DNA of 64,000 nt from positions 3,424,001 through 3,488,000 of the forward strand of contig CBDCDZ010000004.1 in NCBI GenBank assembly GCA_965215565.1, written 5' to 3'. The notes beneath the pieces are model-generated. The model was given only the letters and a program-made list of their open reading frames with translations. It did not search any database and was not told the DNA's origin. Shown here piece by piece: positions 60,373-64,000 of this stretch. This DNA comes from Trueperaceae bacterium. Its GTDB lineage: Bacteria > Deinococcota > Deinococci > Deinococcales > Trueperaceae. Numbering within the stretch: the stretch's first letter is position 1; every line of letters starts with the position of its first letter. The translations under genes and the position numbers were made by a program.

Positions 60373-61527
60373 TCACCCTCCGCCGAACGGTCCTCTAAGC
60401 GGTTGCAAGGGCGTGTTCTCGTCCGTCAAGCCGTAAGGGTAGAGGTCGTAGTTCGTCAGCTCGACGAACCCGTCACCCGTGTGGGAGCCCGTGAGGTCCA
60501 CCGCGCCCTCCCAGTAGACGATGCCCGTCGACGCCCGTGTGTCCATCTCCTGATTTTCGATCACGGGGACGACGTTCACGTCGATGTCATGTTTCGGCAC
60601 GCGCACGCGCCATTCAATAGGGTAGACCGCGCCCGTCGTCTCGCTCGTCCACGTTTTTCCTGTTTCGATGATCTCGAGGTCGTCCTCGCTGAGTTCTAAG
60701 GTGCGCCCGTCCGCCGTGATGAAGCTTCCTGCCTGCGCGGTGTACTCGCCATTAGGCATACGGATGAGGTAGACCATCAGTTCGGTGTTGTCGTCAAACT
60801 GCATACTGAACCAGTCCCAGCCCGCATAGCTGCTCAGATCGAAGTCGCCCCACTGGTGGTCGTGCCAGGCGGTCCCGGAGACCTCCAACGTCTTACACGC
60901 TAGCCCGGAAAAGTCGCAGTCCGCCTTGAGCGTGCCCGAGACCGCCATGCGCGTATACGAGACGTAGTAGCTCGTGCCGCCCGGTCCCATCGACTGGATG
61001 CCAGGCGGATCGCCGTGCAGAGCGGCGGGTTTCGTAGGGGTCAAGACGAGGTCGATTTCGTAGCCGCCCTCATTCGCCCTGACGCGGTGGCTCACGCCGT
61101 CCTCGGCGCGCTCAGCGCTCCAGCCTCCGACGAACACGTCAAGCTCGTCGCTGCTCGCGCCCGCTTCGTAACCCCAAAAGTCGGCGCGTTCGCCCATCGT
61201 AAAGGTCTCGTCCGTCTTGTCCGTCACGGCGAAGTGCCCGACGTGACCTCTATCTATAAGGTAGTAGACCGGGTAGAAGCCGAAAAGCTCGATTTCTGGC
61301 GGCGCGTACGCCTTGAAAAAGGTCAGCTCGAAGCCGTACTCTTCGCCTGATTCGTCCGTTAAGTGCCCCGTGTAGTACCACCACTCGATGGGCGCGGGGT
61401 GCGCGGCGTCGTCCTGGGGCAAGACTACCTCTTCCACTGGATAAGGTTCGTCGTAGACGCTCGGGACACAAGCGGTAAGCATCATCAGGGTGAGGGGGAC
61501 CGTCCACCATCTTGGGCGCATATTCAT
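60373..61527 (-). CDS. AttH/CrtC-like lipocalin-domain lipoprotein
   Basis: Lipobox LTAC; EWWYYTG, SYYVSYTR, AWHDHQWG, GWDWF, YWEG, GFVELT. Confidence 0.85.
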   Translation of the reverse strand: MNMRPRWWTVPLTLMMLTACVPSVYDEPYPVEEVVLPQDDAAHPAPIEWWYYTGHLTDESGEEYGFELTFFKAYAPPEIELFGFYPVYYLIDRGHVGHFAVTDKTDETFTMGERADFWGYEAGASSDELDVFVGGWSAERAEDGVSHRVRANEGGYEIDLVLTPTKPAALHGDPPGIQSMGPGGTSYYVSYTRMAVSGTLKADCDFSGLACKTLEVSGTAWHDHQWGDFDLSSYAGWDWFSMQFDDNTELMVYLIRMPNGEYTAQAGSFITADGRTLELSEDDLEIIETGKTWTSETTGAVYPIEWRVRVPKHDIDVNVVPVIENQEMDTRASTGIVYWEGAVDLTGSHTGDGFVELTNYDLYPYGLTDENTPLQPLRGPFGGG

Positions 61528-61866
61528 AGTCCAAGGATACCCAATGGCGGCGCGCGGATTCGTAGTGGCAGGTTGCAGTCGTTGGGAGTTGAAAGAGAAA
61601 AGGACTGAGGTTAAAGTGTTTTAGTTGAGGTTCTAAGTCGAAGGCCGTCACACCCCTTCTGACGTCTCCATATAGATGAAGATGAACAAGGGATTGAAAC
61701 CTCTTGCTTTGACACCCCTATTATTCCAGATAGAGCCACTACCAAGTCTTTTTCCCAGTTCCTCGAGTGACGAACTTCACTCTACGTCCACGAACTGTGG
61801 AGGTTCAACCTCTTGCGCGGGTACAATGCCCCTCGTGAATCTTTCTAACGCAAATCAAGAGGTCAA

Positions 61867-62898
61867 ATGATGAATAAGATGCTTTTACTGGTTCTCGCTG
61901 CCGCGCTGCTCGTCTCGGCGGGCATCTGGTTTCTCGTGCGGCCGGGAGTGGCGGGCTCGAGCGAGACAGCCGAGACGAGCGCCGAAACGAGTACCGAAAT
62001 GGGCGCTGAAGCCAGCCAAGAACAGGCAGGCGGCGCACAAGAAGAGATCAATAGGGAAACGGGCGGCTCGAGTGGCGGTATGACTAGCGGTATGTCCGGC
62101 GGTGAAGCGTCTGGTGGCGCACCTCAAGTCGACATCCCTGAAGGCTACACGCTCACGCCGTACCTCTCTGAGTCGCAGCAGCGCACCTTCTCCGAGCCGC
62201 AGCAGGTCTTGGAGGAGAACACCGACTACGCCGCCGTCATCCAGACGAACGAAGGCACGCTCGTCGCCGACTTGTACGAAGACAGAACGCCCGAGACCGT
62301 CAACAACTTCGTCTTTTTGGCGCGCAACCGCTTTTACGACGGCGTCGTCTTCCACCGTGTATTAGAAGACTTCATGGCGCAGACGGGTGACCCGACGGGC
62401 ACGGGTACGGGCGGACCCGGCTACGAGTTCGGCTTAGAGGTGCAAGAGGACCTCGGCTTCGATAAGGCGGGCGTTTTAGGGATGGCACGCACCGCTGACC
62501 CCGACTCGAACGGCTCGCAGTTCTTTATCACGTTGACAGGGACGCCGCACCTCAACGGCGAATACACGGTGTTTGGCGACGTCATAGAGGGCGTCGGCGT
62601 GCTCGACAACATCCAGCGCATCAACCCGCAGAATCCCGAAGTTGTGGTTCCGCTAACTACCAGCCTCGAGGACTTGAGCGCTCAAGGTATCAACCTTCCC
62701 GGCTCGAGCGACATGAGCGCCGAAGCTGCGATTACCGAAACGCTCGGCGCGACGCCCGCTTTCGGGCAAACCTTTCAAATTGCAGGCTATACCGGTGTGA
62801 TAGGGCGCAGCGGGCAAGATACTGTGATAGGGTTTTTCCCCAAGCCCGACGTGATGGAGACCGTTACGATCATCCAGCGTCCGGCGGGGAACAACTGA
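61867..62898 (+). CDS. Membrane-anchored cyclophilin-type PPIase
   Basis: N-terminal hydrophobic anchor, G/S/E linker, [20 protein letters not shown]. Confidence 0.93.
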   Translation: MMNKMLLLVLAAALLVSAGIWFLVRPGVAGSSETAETSAETSTEMGAEASQEQAGGAQEEINRETGGSSGGMTSGMSGGEASGGAPQVDIPEGYTLTPYLSESQQRTFSEPQQVLEENTDYAAVIQTNEGTLVADLYEDRTPETVNNFVFLARNRFYDGVVFHRVLEDFMAQTGDPTGTGTGGPGYEFGLEVQEDLGFDKAGVLGMARTADPDSNGSQFFITLTGTPHLNGEYTVFGDVIEGVGVLDNIQRINPQNPEVVVPLTTSLEDLSAQGINLPGSSDMSAEAAITETLGATPAFGQTFQIAGYTGVIGRSGQDTVIGFFPKPDVMETVTIIQRPAGNN

Positions 62899-62939
62899 AC
62901 TTCTAATAACTGCTATACAACCACCTAAAGGAGCCATAT

Positions 62940-63505
<566 letters not shown>

Positions 63506-63509
<4 letters not shown>

Positions 63510-64000
63510 TCCGCGCTGACGCTCTCACGTTCAATCTGCACGCCGCTGAGCGTGCCAAACTCCCGTTGCCTCGGCATCTGCCCTTCGCCCCAGTACATCG
63601 TCGTGTGCGGAAAGGGAATCTCGATGCTCTCGCGGTCGAAGCGGGCTTTGATGCGCTTACGAAACTCGCGCCCCACGCCCCACTGCTCTTTGGGCAGCGT
63701 CTTGAAGAGGATGCGGATAATGATACCGGACGCGCCTAGCGCCTCGACGCCCAAGACCTCGGGCGGTCCCATCACGCGCCAGCTCCAGCCGAGCGCGTCC
63801 GCGAAGTCGTCAGCTTCGTCCCTAATGACGGTGAGCGCGTGGTCGAGGTCGGTGCGGTACGCCACCTCGACATCGATGACGCTGCGCGACCACTCCTTGC
63901 TCATCACCGTAACCTTATCGACCTGACCGTTCGGGATAACGTGGACGCGCCCCTCTAAATCGCGCAAGGTGGTGATGCGCAGGTTGATCTTCTCGACGAG
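63506..64000 (-). CDS. Mechanosensitive channel MscS family, 3' part (runs off the window)
   Basis: [28 protein letters not shown]. Confidence 0.9.

Overview
GC-rich bacterial chromosomal window, most likely Deinococcota (Truepera-like). This is inferred from the ComZ-like pilus gene, Deinococcota-type small hypothetical genes and pervasive leaderless TANNNT-N5-8-start promoters. The backbone is housekeeping: scpB, tdk, metG, proS, moaC, Asp23-DAK2, dus, tRNA-Leu(CAA)-secG, a peptide ABC operon, a polyprenyl synthase, comF, two cyclophilins and mscS. Accessory material comprises two convergent type IV minor-pilin clusters (one full of frameshifts), an IS1-family element with intact ends, an IS110 remnant, an AT-richer defence islet (Mrr/Avs4-like nuclease-NB-ARC-TPR gene split by one in-frame TAG, beside a MazF-type TA pair) and a VapC TA pair. 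Hidden structure read from the raw sequence: (1) a leaderless Met-Met leader-peptide attenuator upstream of metG; (2) a 43-aa Cys-containing leader peptide with mutually exclusive antiterminator/terminator upstream of small basic proteins, next to an HTH regulator, an ABC exporter and a FusB-like Zn-finger protein; (3) about 10 copies of a ~111-bp TA-duplicating MITE, one demonstrably interrupting a gene and two bracketing the IS110 remnant; (4) strong over-representation of CTCGAG. All family calls come from motif recognition by eye; no searches were run.
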